Source: Macrostomum lignano (Eukaryota). From it: a DNA stretch of 64,000 nucleotides. The notes under the pieces are model-generated. The model ran no database searches and was not told where the DNA came from. It was given only the letters and a program-made list of their open reading frames with translations. How positions within the stretch are numbered: the stretch's first letter is position 1; every line of letters starts with the position of its first letter. Location of the stretch: contig NIVC01001203.1 in NCBI GenBank assembly GCA_002269645.1, forward strand, positions 124,001-188,000, given 5' to 3'. Position numbers and translations under genes: made by a program. Shown one piece after another: positions 13,031 through 27,062 of the stretch.

Positions 13031-15337
13031 ACTGGAACTGAGACGGTTGGGGCAGAGAGATGCCTGCTTCGTGGGTGAAATGCGTACACTTGGCGAGATA
13101 AGGCAGAGTACATCACTAGAACCTTCTAACCCCCCACTGCGAGGCGTGAGGTGGGTGTTTTACTGGCTAGGCCAATGTACACTTCTCTAGATGTACATTT
13201 TGGCGTCTTAAAATAGGAACGGAAATAAAGAGCCGTATTAACGTGACGCTTTTCACCCACGAATGACGTGGACTTGGACTGTTAAATCGATTGACCGGTA
13301 ATGGCCTTGTTAAGCTCCCAGCCTAAGCCTAACTGTGATATTTTGCTTACTTTGTTAATCCATTTTCTCACTTGATTGGTATATCTAATTATAACAAAAA
13401 AATCCAATTAAAAATATTTGCTTATATACGCTTTTTAACAAAGCAGTGAATGAATTTACCGTACAAAAACTGTGGGAAAGCGACACTCCTCTCTCTGCTG
13501 TGTGCTCAGGCTGTTCTCGCGATCTGCTCAATCAAGACTAATAAAAGCCAGGCTGTGCAAGAATAGCGAATAAAGACTTAATAAGTCTTTGTTAAGCTTT
13601 CCGCACACCAAGCTGCTTGATTTGGTCAGTTGCCGTGAATTCCGCTATAAGTACAGCAGAGGCGAGCGGTCAATTTCGTCCAAGGCTCATAAGCGCTGTG
13701 ACTCTTGTAAAAAGAGACTTTTTATTAATTACTTGTAATTACTGTATTGCCACTTTGCCTTACCTTGTGTTTTAGTAAGTACTGATTACGCAACTCTAAA
13801 AGAGAAAAAAGTTTGAATGATTTTGCTTGCTCCAGTTTTTATGTTCGTTGCCTATAGTAGCTATTGGTGGCAGAGAACGGTGTCACAGGCTCCGTAACAC
13901 CTCATGCTCACCAATTTGACTGTACGCGGTTTTCGAGGACCACACTGTGTATATTTTAAGTATAGAAGATTACTTATTACTTAACTATTTTTAATTCTTT
14001 TGTGCCATGTTAAACGAACCTTGACTCAAACGACTGCGCCATCAATTGCCATAAACAGCTATGATGCGCGGCGGTCTTTGAAGCCTGGTTTTTTACTTCA
14101 ACACACATTCCAAGTTGTGTATAGCTAGTAGATTTTCTATCTTATTCTTGTTTCGTAGTTTTACTATAAGTTCGCCAATAATTATTGCTTATAAAGTACA
14201 TTTTACTATCTGTTTTGCTATCCTTAATTTTGAATGCCATTCACCTTGTTTGCCATATTAGTATATGAAAAGATTTTTTTTCGTTGTTTATTAGATTTTC
14301 CTAGTACGTTTATTTGGATAACAGACTATCACCCATGTTTGTTAATCTAATGCTGCTTATTTCTCCATAAACTGTTATATAATACGCACCTAATTATTGG
14401 CCTTCTGATTCTCAAAACTGCAAAAAAATATCAGGATTTATTTGATTAACCTGCGTGATTTCTAAACAGAACACCTCTCACTCTAAATCTGATTTTTTGC
14501 TTCAACTAATCTCTTCTTTACTCTACCTTGCTTATGCGAACTTATTTAAAACTTGTTATAACTTAATAGTTTAAATTCGTACACTTGTTGATTCAAATTA
14601 TGAAGTAACTGGTGATTTATAACAAATATATCTCAATATATTATATGGAGTAGGGATCTGTAGTCCGACTCCCATTTTTGCGGTGTTTCTCCAAAAAAAA
14701 TTGAATACTACATGTATGGTCACGTTATAGACACTTTTTTATTTTTACGAGTATAGCTGCGTTATAACAAACCTTTTTGTTATTGTATATATTGGTCAGA
14801 GTTTTATATTTTGACGCATTAAAACAAATATAACATCATTTAGAAATCGTCATTAAAGTTGAGTGTATGCGGAGCAGATTGATAAATTTATTTGTTAAAG
14901 CATCAATACATGAAAAGCTTTTAGAGAGAAAGCAGATTGTATAAATATTGTTGCATTTTTAAAGGATAAGGAAGATTAGAAAAATTGCAAAGGAAGACGG
15001 ACAGACAGACAAAAGCTTAGAAGGATAGAATATTTAAAAACAGAGATTTAGCAAAACATCTTTGGAGAGATAGCGATAGTACACTTGTAAATAACTGGCT
15101 AGTGAAAAATCACATCTAGAAATGTCACTTGCAAAAAATTATTTTAAATTTTAAACAAAACATAACAATGATCAGAAGTTAGAAAACTGTATAAGGTGAA
15201 CAGCTGCATAAGGAGCGATAGAAGTTGATTAAATCTCTGCTATAAGCATGCAAATTTAAAGCGGAAATAAAGCAAAATTTATTGGCCATGACTTCAGTGA
15301 CAGTTACTTTTGATTACATTATCCCAAAGCAAGGATC

Positions 15338-15720
15338 TTCAGACACCTGTGATCCCGCTTCTCTCCAGATCCCCAGACACTTTTGATCCCATTTTCATCC
15401 AGATCCCCAGACATCTGTGATCCCATTTTCATCCAGATCCCCAATCACCTATGATCCCATTTTCACCCAGATCCCAGACACCTGTGATCCCATTTTCATC
15501 CAGATCCCCAGACACCTGTGATCCCATTTTCACCCAGATTCCCAGACACATGTGATCCCATATTTATCCAGATCCCCAGACACCTGTGATCCTATTTTCA
15601 TCCAGATCCTCAGACGCATGTAATATGCCTTTTTCACCCAAATCCTCAGACACCTGTGATCCCAATTTTAAAAAATCCTCAGACACCTGCGTTCCCACTT
15701 CTAAAAATCCCCAGATTCTT
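15338..15720. repeat. About 34-bp minisatellite (CAGACACCTGTGATCCCATTTTCATCCAGATCCC)
   Basis: Direct reading. Confidence 0.9.
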
Positions 15721-15792
15721 AACTTTTCTTTGAGCAACATGTTTTTAAACACAAAATTGTTAATTGCGTCCCACAAAAACAATCCGTCTTTT

Positions 15793-16920
15793 TTAGGCTG
15801 AAACAAAGAGCTCGGGCACAATCTCCTGGTTGATTTGGTGCCTCTGGCTCACGATATCCGCAATGTCCTGCTGCCCGCTGTCACCCAGGGCGGCCTCTAA
15901 TTCTCGGATCAGCTCGCCCTCCTTTGCACCGTTGCGCATTGCCTTCCAGTACAGCAATAGCTTTTGCGACAGACCTGAAAAGATGGTGTTTGGAAAGATT
16001 TAAATTCGTACATTCTTTCGGTCGGATTTTGAACCAAGACTTTGGACCCCACCCCAATAGCTCGAAAATCAAATTTTAAAGACAAAAAGCAAATTACCTG
16101 TCTCAGTTTGTTGCTGCTCGTCATTCTTAAACTTAAGTCGAATAATTTCCACGGTGGGAATATTTAGCAGCATGTAGAGCTGCAGGTCGCCTTGCTTCAC
16201 TGCTCGGGACAAATTGATGAGGCTGACATCTGTGAGCACCTTGGCCTCCTTGTTTTCCTGCTTGTCTGAATGGAAGTTAGGGGTTGCAATTTTTAACAGA
16301 ATATCTATAGAATGTACCCTAGTTTTAAGCTCATCCAATTAATCAGAACTCAATAAAATAAAAACATCAAATGTACATTAACTTTGAGTCATTCAAAATT
16401 TCTAATTATTATTTTCTATAGCTAGTAAGCTAGTCATTGACTACAATTTACAACTTTATTTTAAACTAAAAAGTTTTAAGAATCAAATTCAAACGGAAGT
16501 AATTAGAAGATAAAAATAGAAAAATTAAATTGATAATTTAAATACAGCACCTTTTTTTCAATAAAAATGTAAATTACAAAAATCCTATATACTAAAAATG
16601 GTCTGTCTGTGTCTATCTATCTATCTATCTATCTATGTGATCGATTAGAGAAAAAATGGCTGGACCGATTTTGTTCGAACTTGCACTGGTAGCTAGCTGG
16701 CATTGCCAGTAGTAAAAGTAATTATAATACCTAAATATTTATTGCACATTAAAATAATGAGCTCATTCCACTAACTAATTGAAAATCCTAATTTCTCTTT
16801 TGATTTTTTTTAAATGACCTTTTCAATTTTTTTTAAATTACCAAACAAAAGTCAAGTTCCTAAATTCATAAAGAAACATGAAGATCAAGTCCTACTCACC
16901 CTCAACATCGGTCATGTTGT
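15793..16920 (-). CDS. Death-domain-containing protein, 3' exons (5' part not located)
   Basis: Exons 16920-16900 (21-nt microexon), 16265-16098 and 15974-15793, all phase 1, splice to ...LTDVSLINLSRAVKQGDLQLYMLLNIPTVEIIRLKFKNDEQQQTETGLSQKLLLYWKAMRNGAKEGELIRELEAALGDSGQQDIADIVSQRHQINQEIVPELFVSA*. The LLxxW and L..AL...G..DIA.IV motifs fit a death fold. Confidence 0.75.
16583..16740 (+). mobile_element. Helitron-like non-autonomous element, 5' end
   Basis: A|TC start, TCCTATATACTAAAAATG, then a GTCT/ATCT microsatellite, then GGACCGATTTTG: the layout of Lep1/DINE-type elements as I recall it. 3' end not defined. Confidence 0.4.
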
Positions 16921-18744
16921 CTGATGTGATTTAAGTACTTTTATTTGACTATACGATTGATGTGCACTGAGTCAAATAATACAAGCCTTGTTAACACTTA
17001 TTACGATTTTTTTACGATGATTGAGTCCGAGTCCAAGTTCTGAATGCGCGTTTTTAAGAAAAAGTCTAAATCAAAAAATGTTGTCCATGGAGATAACAGT
17101 TTTAACAAACAATTTTTACTACACAAATTAAACTACTTTTCAGAAAAAATATTGGTAAACTTATTAGACTTTATTTTTTAAAAAATTAAAGTTTTTTAAA
17201 AAATAGCACAAATATTGACAATGATCACGAAATTGTCAAATTAAATGAAGAGCAGTCAGATTTTAGTGCCGAAATTCTGTAGCTGCAAATTTCAGTGCAA
17301 ACAGTCTTTCTGCTAGATATTCTCTCGTATATATCTTAGTTAACGGGGTTCTTAGTGTTCGACGTAACAACAGGCGAATTACAATAAATCTGTGCAAGAC
17401 AACAACGCACGTGTAGCATGCATCTACATATATGCAACAAGGACCAACTGTATATAACTGTATATACAGGGTCCTTGGTATGCAAATGTATGTGTATAAT
17501 GCATATTCACACTGTAAATTAACACGCAGTGTGCAGATTGTACACGTAATGTACATGTATGTATTTAGCATATGTGGACAAAGTACATGTATTTAGCTCG
17601 TATTTTTGTCGCTCTTTGGTATATTATGTATAAGAAAAAGGACATGCTTGATGCATGTACATGTTAATTTATTGATATTTTATAGTCTTTCCTTGTGTCC
17701 AAAGTCGTGTGCACTTTGTGTCACGCTGCATGCGTCTGAATTATTGAATAGTAAGTAAATTATTGTTTTCAGAAGTATTTATACTCAGATCACTGTATTC
17801 ATACTGGATTCACATGCATATCCATAATCCAATTGGGTTAATTCCTCATCTCAGGAGTACAGAATCAGGCAGAGCTCAATCGACTGCAGGAAGCAAAAAT
17901 AACAAAATATAGAAACTTAATTATATTTCTTGCTTTCCTGACTCCTCTTTCGCATATCAGCTAATCCTTGATCCTTTTGCGCGCTAAATATCCCATTATG
18001 AGCCTAGCTACACAGATCCCATTTGTCTTCCGCACAAGCTACAGCAATTTTTCGTAGGTCTGAACCCACATGGACAATTATAGCTTCTTTGATACTCCGT
18101 CTGACATGCAGTTCCGATGTGAGCTGGGCCATATCTCTCACAGCTGCAGTATCCATGCAGTGTGTTGCCAGCAGCCGCTTGGGGGACTTCTCTCAGACAA
18201 CTTCTAAAGCTCTCCTTATAACTGACGTCCGAATGTCTCTCTGCTCTTCCCAAAAAGCTAACTCAATCTTACTGAGAAATTGCTCTCCTAAGGCCCCCCT
18301 CCCCCTGAATGCGCGCATGCGTATCTGAGTTGCACTTTGATGGAGGCTATGGAAGATGCTGACTGTGATTTAGATGTAGGGACAGCAATCTCGGGAGTTG
18401 CAAACCTAAACTGAGCTCCATCTTCAGAGAGTAATCGTTTGACTTGATCAATCGTCCCGCAGAGAAGACCATACTATTTTGTTCGAATAACTCTCATACA
18501 TTGGTTATAGCTTCTACATCACTGAACAAGTACATCTTATAATATTTGCTTGAGTTTATGTTATATTAGATATGCCATACATGTTTGCTTATTTTTTAAC
18601 CGGTAGAGCAGTGACTGATTGATGGCTTGGATGGAAAATGTTCGGAGATTAATCTGGATATATTTTTTAATCTGCGAGTGGCACTCCGGCTAAATTAGTT
18701 GTTATGAGATGATGAGTCATTTCGGACTTGGTTGTCAAATTAGG

Positions 18745-19325
18745 GTCATTTGTCACATGTCAGATGTGTGTCATTTGTGCTGTCATATATGTGTCATTTG
18801 GGGTGTCAGATGTGTGTCATTTGTAGTGTCAAATTTGTGTCATTTGCGGTGTCAAATTTGTGTCATTTGTGGTGTCAGATATGTGTCATTTGTAGTGTCA
18901 GATGTGTGTCATTTGTAGTGTCAGATTTGTGTCATTTGTAGTGTCAGATTTGTGTCATTTGTGGTGTCAGATATGTGTCATTTGCGGTGTCAAATTTGTG
19001 TCATTTGTGGTGTCAGATGTGTGTCATTTGTAGTGTCAGATTTGTGTCATTTCTGGTGTCAGATATGTGTCATTTGTGGTGTCAGATATGTGTCATTTGT
19101 AGTGTCAGATATGTGTCATTTAGGTGTCAGATGTGCGTCATTTGTAGTGTCAGATATGTGTCATTTAGGTGTCAGATGTGCGTCATTTGTAGTGTCAGAT
19201 GTGTGTCATTTTTAGTGTTAGATTTGTGTCATTTGTAGTGTCAGATTTGTGTAATTTGTGGTGTCAGATGTGTGTCATTTGTGGTGTCATATATGTGTCA
19301 TTTTTGGTTTTAGATGTGTGTCATT
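18745..19325. repeat. 23-bp minisatellite (TGTGTCATTTGTAGTGTCAGATN)
   Basis: Direct reading. Confidence 0.95.
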
Positions 19326-20019
19326 CTGTGTGTGGTGATGGGTGCTATAACTTCACGTAAAAGTTGTTTACAGCACCAGGAACAAAATATTCTACAAAAT
19401 GCTCCAACAAAGTTCCCCAACGAAATTCCAAAGAAATATCCGAAAAGTGGATTCCTTCAAAATGTGAAATTGACTAATTGGCGTCAGTCAATTAAGAGAC
19501 TATTTATCAGCCAGGCATCTCAGCATTTCATACCTCGAACGAAAAGTTAAATGTCGGGTGATGGAATCTCTGCCCCATCTGCGAGTCACATCTGGTTCCG
19601 CATTACTTTACCATTCATTCATTCATTCACCTTTTTTGTTCCGACATCAAATTAAAATAGGCTATAGGTGAGGATGAAGATAGAATTAAGGATGCTGGAT
19701 ATAGGAGCTATACGATGGTGATAGACAGAAAGGAGATGATGGCATTTCTGTAATTTGATATCCTTGGGTTGAATCATGCACGGAACTTCCGAAATCCGAA
19801 GAGTTGCTTCTTTGAAATGCAATTATTTCTGCTTGCTGGTCCATCTGCTCTGTCAGGGTGTGTCGCCTCATGATGCATGTCAGTTGCAGCACGCAAATGG
19901 GATGACACTGTCATATTCATGGCACTGTCTCGGTAGGGATAGAAAATAACAATATTTTGGAGAGATACCTGCATAAATCTTAGAACAGATAGAACAGAGA
20001 GACTGAAGAAAATCTTCAA

Positions 20020-20465
20020 GGAGAGACAGGGAACTGTTCAGGGAAAAGAGAAGACAATCTTCAGGGAAGAGAGAAGAGAATCTTCAGGGAAGAGAGAAGA
20101 GAATCTTCAGGGGATCGAGAAAAGAGAGACTTCAGGGAAGAGAGAAGACAATCTTCAGGGAAGAGAGAAGACAGTCTTCAGGGGATCGAGAAAAGAGAGA
20201 CTTCAGGGAAGAGAGAAGACAATCTTCAGGGAAGAGAGAAGACAATCTTCAGGGAAGAGAGAAGAGAATCTTCAGGGAAGAGAGAAGACAGTCTTCAGGG
20301 AAGAGAGAAGACAGTCTTCAGGGAAGAGAGAAGAGAATCTTCAGGGAAGAGAAAAGACAATCTTCAGGGAAGAGAGAAGACAATCTTCAGGGAAGAGAGA
20401 AGAGAATCTTCAGAGAAGAGAGAAGACAATCTTCAGGGAAGAGAGAAGACAATCTTCAGGGATGA
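20020..20465. repeat. 21-bp minisatellite (AGAGAAGACAATCTTCAGGGA)
   Basis: Direct reading. Confidence 0.95.
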
Positions 20466-21539
20466 GAGAGGAGAAGAAGAGAGAGAAGGGGCAGGGAGTG
20501 CAAAAGAGAGGAAACTTCAGGGTTAGCAGACAACATCTTCAGGCAGAGAGGCTATTTTTTATGCCAACAAGTCAGCAAAAGAGACGCCCACAATGGGATA
20601 GTGGAACTGAAAGTCTGCCATGTCGGACCTTACAGCCTTTCAAATCACGGCTGCCCCCCTCCCCCTGCCCGTGAGGCAAAACAAGCATTTGCTTTTTTGG
20701 CAGCTTTTGCTTTTAGACTGGAAGCCATTTAGCCGTCAACATTTAGCAAATTTCCGGCGGCCTTCTAAACCGCGTTGCAACTGAGACTTGCTGTTTATGG
20801 GTCATTTTTTATTACCGTTTTTACGCAACCAGTTCTACACATATCCGTATTTATATAAGGCCGTACTGCCTTGTTGGAAAATGTGATTCTTTCGTAAAAA
20901 GGAAACAACTTTGTGGGACATGAGAAATGAGAATAGATTCCAAATGATGTGAGAAATGATAATAGATTCTAAATGAGATGAAAAATGAGAATAGATTCTG
21001 AATGAGATGACAATTGAAAATCGATAATAAACCAGATGAGCAATGAGAAACCACGGGTGCTTTCAAGCGAATAGTTTTTGCCATAGACACCAAGTCAAAT
21101 TTCGACCTGTTTGGAATTTTTACCCAATTTAGACATGTCACGTGAGCACTGCATAGATTTTCCATTCGCAACTCATTATCAGGGACTATTGAAAAACTGA
21201 GTTTTTCTAGTGCTTACGTGACATGTAACTTAGCGTGACTTACGGGACTGTCCCTTGCTCATTATAATAGAAAATTCACACCTGCAGTTTCGGGTGGCCT
21301 TGGGGGAATAGAGGGATTATTTATGGCATCAGCTAGACAATTGAAGTTTAGTCTCTGGCTATAGACGTATTGAGCTCTTAATGTGAGAAAATTAGTACAT
21401 TAGAAGCATATGGAAAAAACAGCTTTTTACCTTTTTAATCCCTTTAGCATTGAGCGATTTCTTAGCCACGATGCATGTACTATCACGGGAAAATTTCTGA
21501 TCGAATGGTTCGATTTTGCTGGAAATCAGCTAAACTGTT

Positions 21540-22052
<513 letters not shown>

Positions 22053-22459
22053 ATCTTTCTCGAAAACACTGCAACCAAACAAAACCTCTTGCCACTGTTT
22101 CCTACACTTAGCTACAATACTGTCTCTGGGAACCCAGCAACGCATCGCCGCCAACCTCATCCGACCCAGCCGTGATGAATGCCCGGGCCAGTCATTTGTC
22201 ACAGATGATCCTCGGAGAGAGAAAAAACGCAAGGAAGCCCAACCCCCCCCCCCCAATCTGCATGCAGTTTCGGCGGCAAAATATGAAAGATAAGAGCAAA
22301 CTGGCCTGGTGATTAATTGGCTCGAGGGACAAACGGGCTCAGCTGCGAAGTCCCACTGCGAAATGACTTCTTGAGAAGTGCAGATTTTTCTTGCATCGAA
22401 AACACTGCAATCCGGATTTGAATGTTTCTGGGTCTGAAAAGCCTGCGTTTTATGTTATA

Positions 22460-23370
22460 TCCTACTCTACTTCTACACTCTACCCTACTGGATTTCTACA
22501 CTCTACCTTACTGTATTTCCATACTCTACCCTACTGTATTTCTACACTCTACCCTACTGGATTTCTACACTCTACCCTTCTGTATTTCTACACTCTACCC
22601 TACTGTATTTCTACACTCTACCCTACTTATTTCTACACTCTACCCTACTGTAATTCTACACTCTACCCTACTGTAGTTCTACACTCTACCCTACTGTAGT
22701 TCTACACTCTACCCTACTGTAGTTCTACACTCTACCCTACTATAGTTCTACACTCTACCCTACTTATTTCTACACTCTACCCTACTGTAATTCTACACTC
22801 TACCCTACTGTAATTCTACACTCTACCCTACTGTAATTCTACACTATACCCTACTGTATTTCTACACTCTACCCTACTGTATTTCTACACTCTACCCTAC
22901 TGTATTTCTACACTCTACCCTACTGTATTTCTACACTCTACCCTACTGTAATTCTACACTCTACCCTACTGTAATTCTACACTATACCCTACTGTAATTC
23001 TACACTATACCCTACTGTATTTCTACACTCTACCCTACTGTAATTCTACACTCTACCCTACTGTAATTCTACACTCTACCCTACTGTATTTCTACACTCT
23101 ACTCCACTTATTTCTACACTCTACCCTACTGTAATTCTACACTCTACCCTACTGTAATTCTACACTCTACCCTACTGTAGTTCTACACTTCACCCTACTT
23201 ATTTCTACACTCTACCCTACTGTAGTTCTACACTCTACCCTACTTATTTCTACACTCTACCCTACTTATTTCTACACTCTACCCTACTGTAGTTCTACAC
23301 TCTACCCTATTGTATTTCTATACTCTACCCTACTTATTTCTACACTCTACCCTACTCTTTTTCTACACTT
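22460..23370. repeat. 23-bp minisatellite (CTACACTCTACCCTACTGTAATT)
   Basis: Direct reading. Confidence 0.96.
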
Positions 23371-23773
23371 TCTCCCAACAATGGCCAGTAAAAACTAATA
23401 AAACCCTAAAAGGAAGCATGACATTGATGCACGCAACATTGCATCAGTGTTGACTCTCGCCTTTCCTTGCCAAATTTTTTACGACTTCGGTGGCACCCTG
23501 AGGCCAAGCATCAAGTTTTTATGACTGCCAACCAAGACGCCAAACTTTATGAATGCTCGGGTGGCAACAAAAAGTCCAAAAAAATTTACTATTTCTCTCT
23601 CACACTCATCCTTGGCCACGACCTCGACAGGAATCCCCAAGGGACTACAGGGTCAGGGGCACCGGAGCTGTGTCTGCATTGAACCAAGTCTTCGCGCCAA
23701 CACGCGGACGAACGAAAACTGAAGTTGATTTTTATCTACAACCGACCAGTCAGTCAGTTGCAACTTCTAACAC

Positions 23774-23813
<40 letters not shown>

Positions 23814-23935
23814 GCTCATCTCAGTCCGACCCTGACCTAAGACAAAATTTATTTATTTTCATACGAGCGTACAATGGGAAAGAAATTGAAACAGTACAAT
23901 TTGAACCAATCCTGTGGCAAGATTGTCGCCAGAAT

Positions 23936-24151
<216 letters not shown>

Positions 24152-24507
24152 TGATCTAGTGTCTATCTAGATCGGTTCCAGTCCAGGTGATAATATTCAG
24201 CAGTCCCGGGCCAACCTCAGCAGTGATTGCAGGGTTCGGGGCTGCAGCACAGTGTTTCAGCAAAACGGGAAAACTGAGGAAAGAGGGAACAGAGAAAGAA
24301 GATCTTCAGCGGACAACTTTTAGCTTTTGATGTCAACTTTGCGTCTTTCTATTGCCTGTCTCTCCGCAACGTTTATTTTTGTTATATTTAACCATCTGCT
24401 AGCTAACGCACCATGCAGCGCTAAGTTCACATCGTCAGTTTCTGGAAAGGGAGGATCGGAGACTTATAAAGCGGACTGAGGGGACCCTTGAGAGGAAGTG
24501 GAGGGAA

Positions 24508-24763
24508 AGGAGAGAGAGGAGAGAGAGGAGAGAGGAGAGAGAGGAGAGAGAGGAGAGAGGAGAGAGAGAGGAGAGAGAGGAGAGAGAGGAGAGAGAGGAG
24601 AGAGGAGAGAGGAGAGAGAGAGAGGAGAGAGAGAGGAGAGAGAGGAGAGAGTAGAGAGGAGAGAGAGAGAGGAGAGAGAGAGGAGAGAGAGGAGAGAGAG
24701 AGGAGAGAGAGGAGAGAGGAGAGAGAGGAGAGAGAGGAGAGGAGAGAGAGAGAGGAGAGAGAG

Positions 24764-24795
<32 letters not shown>

Positions 24796-24954
24796 AGAGA
24801 GGAGAGGAGAGAGAGAGGAGAGAGAGGAGAGAGAGAGAGGAGAGAGAGGAGAGAGAGGAGAGAGAGAGGAGAGAGAGGAGAGGAGAGAGAGAGGAGAGAG
24901 AGAGGAGAGAGAGGAGAGAGAGGAGAGAGAGGAGAGAGAGGAGAGAGAGGAGAG

Positions 24955-24988
<34 letters not shown>

Positions 24989-25269
24989 GAGAGGAGAGAG
25001 AGAGGAGAGAGAGAGGAGAGAGAGGAGGGAGAGGAGAGGAGAGAGAGGAGAAGAGAGAGAGAGGAGAGAGAGGAGAGAGAGAGAGAGGAGAGGAGAGAGG
25101 AGAGAGAGGAGAAGAGAGAGAGAGAGAGAGGAGAGAGAGGAGAAGAGAGGAGAGAGAGGAGAGAGAGGAGAGAGAGGAGAGAGAGGAGAGAGAGGAGAAG
25201 AGAGAGAGGAGAGAGAGGAGAGAGAGGAGAGGAGAGAGAGAGAGGAGAGAGAGAGGAGAGAGAGGAGAG

Positions 25270-25318
<49 letters not shown>

Positions 25319-25494
25319 GAGAGAGAGGAAGGAGAGGAGAGAGAGGAGAGAGAGGAGAGAGAGGAGAGAGAGAGGGAGAGAGAGAGAGGAGAGAGAGGAG
25401 AGAGAGGAGAGGAGAGAGAGAGGAGAGAGAGAGGAGAGAGAGGAGAAGAGAGAGAGAGTAGAGAGAGGAGAGAGAGAGAGAGGAGAGGAGAGAG

Positions 25495-25532
<38 letters not shown>

Positions 25533-25928
25533 GGAGAGGAGAGAGAGGAGAGAGAGGAGAGAGAGGAGAGAGAGGAGGGAGAGAGAGAGAGAGAGAGAGG
25601 AGAGAGAGGAGAGGAGAGAGAGAGGAGAGAGAGAGGAGAGAGAGGAGAAGAGAGAGAGAGGAGAGAGAGGAGAGAGAGAGAGAGAGGAGAGGAGAGAGGA
25701 GAGAGAGGAGAAGAGAGAGAGGAGAGAGAGAGGAGAGAGAGGAGAAGAGAGGAGAGAGAGGAGAGAGAGGAGAGAGAGGAGAGAGAGGAGAGAGAGGAGA
25801 GAGAGGAGAGAGAGGAGAGGAGAGAGAGGAGAGAGAGAGGAGAGAGAGGAGAGGAGAGAGAGAGGAGAGAGAGAGGAGAGAGAGGAGAGGAGAGGAGAGA
25901 GAGGAGAGAGAGGAGAGGAGAGAGAGGA
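24508..25928. repeat. 1.4-kb near-pure purine tract (GA/GGAGA)
   Basis: Direct reading. Confidence 0.97.
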
Positions 25929-26334
25929 GCACTCTGCACCCAACTAAAGCAGACAGCTGCAACAATTCAAGCGAACATGAGAAAGGGCATGGCTGGCAGG
26001 AGAGCCAGCAGTTATTGGCTGAGCCAGTCGCCATGCCAAGCCAATCACCCAGTCCTTTCTGATGTCTATTTTTCCCCAACTCTGTCCACTTGCATCAATT
26101 TCTAAACTCCCTTTGTTGCACTGCTTTTCGGCAAGAGTGCCAAAGTTTGCGGACAAACTTGGTTCATTTGGCAACAGAAGTCAGGCTCGGTGGCTGAAGA
26201 CTCAAGTGTTAAATCATCTGTACCTTAATCGGTAGCAGATCTTTTCCACAATTAATTTTTATTGAAACTTTGAATCATTTGCGAAAATATTTGGTAAGCG
26301 ATCCATTTTAGTTCTTGAGGAACTTGATATATCT

Positions 26335-26363
26335 ATTGATTGATGAATTGGTTGACTGGGTGG

Positions 26364-26397
<34 letters not shown>

Positions 26398-26457
26398 AAT
26401 TGATTCATTCATTGATTGATGGATTGATGGATTGATGGATGGATGGATTGATGGATG

Positions 26458-26488
<31 letters not shown>

Positions 26489-26501
26489 GCATGGATTGAT
26501 G

Positions 26502-26552
<51 letters not shown>

Positions 26553-26725
26553 GGATTGATTGATTGATGGATTGATGGATTGATTGATTGATTGATTGAT
26601 TGATGTATGGATTGATGGATTGATTCATTGATTGATTGATTCATTGATTGATTCATTGATTCATTCATTCATTTATTTATTCATTCATTGATTGATGGAT
26701 TGATTGATTGATGCATGGACCGATG

Positions 26726-26760
<35 letters not shown>

Positions 26761-26909
26761 GTATGGATTCATGGATTGATTGATTGATTGATGGATGGAT
26801 GGATTGATGGATTGATTGATTGATTGATGTATGGATGGATGGATTGATTGATTGATTGATGGATGGATGGATTGATGGATTGATTGATTGATTGATGCAT
26901 GGATTGATG

Positions 26910-26940
<31 letters not shown>

Positions 26941-26961
26941 GTATGGATTGATGGATTGATG

Positions 26962-27004
<43 letters not shown>

Positions 27005-27025
27005 GTATGGATTGATGGATTGATG

Positions 27026-27061
<36 letters not shown>

Positions 27062-27062
27062 A
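26335..27062. repeat. (GATT/GATG)n compound microsatellite
   Basis: Direct reading. Confidence 0.95.

Noticed and set aside
24427-26105. 490-550 aa ORFs (ER-rich and SL-rich)
   Set aside because: Artefacts of the GA tract, which cannot encode stop codons.
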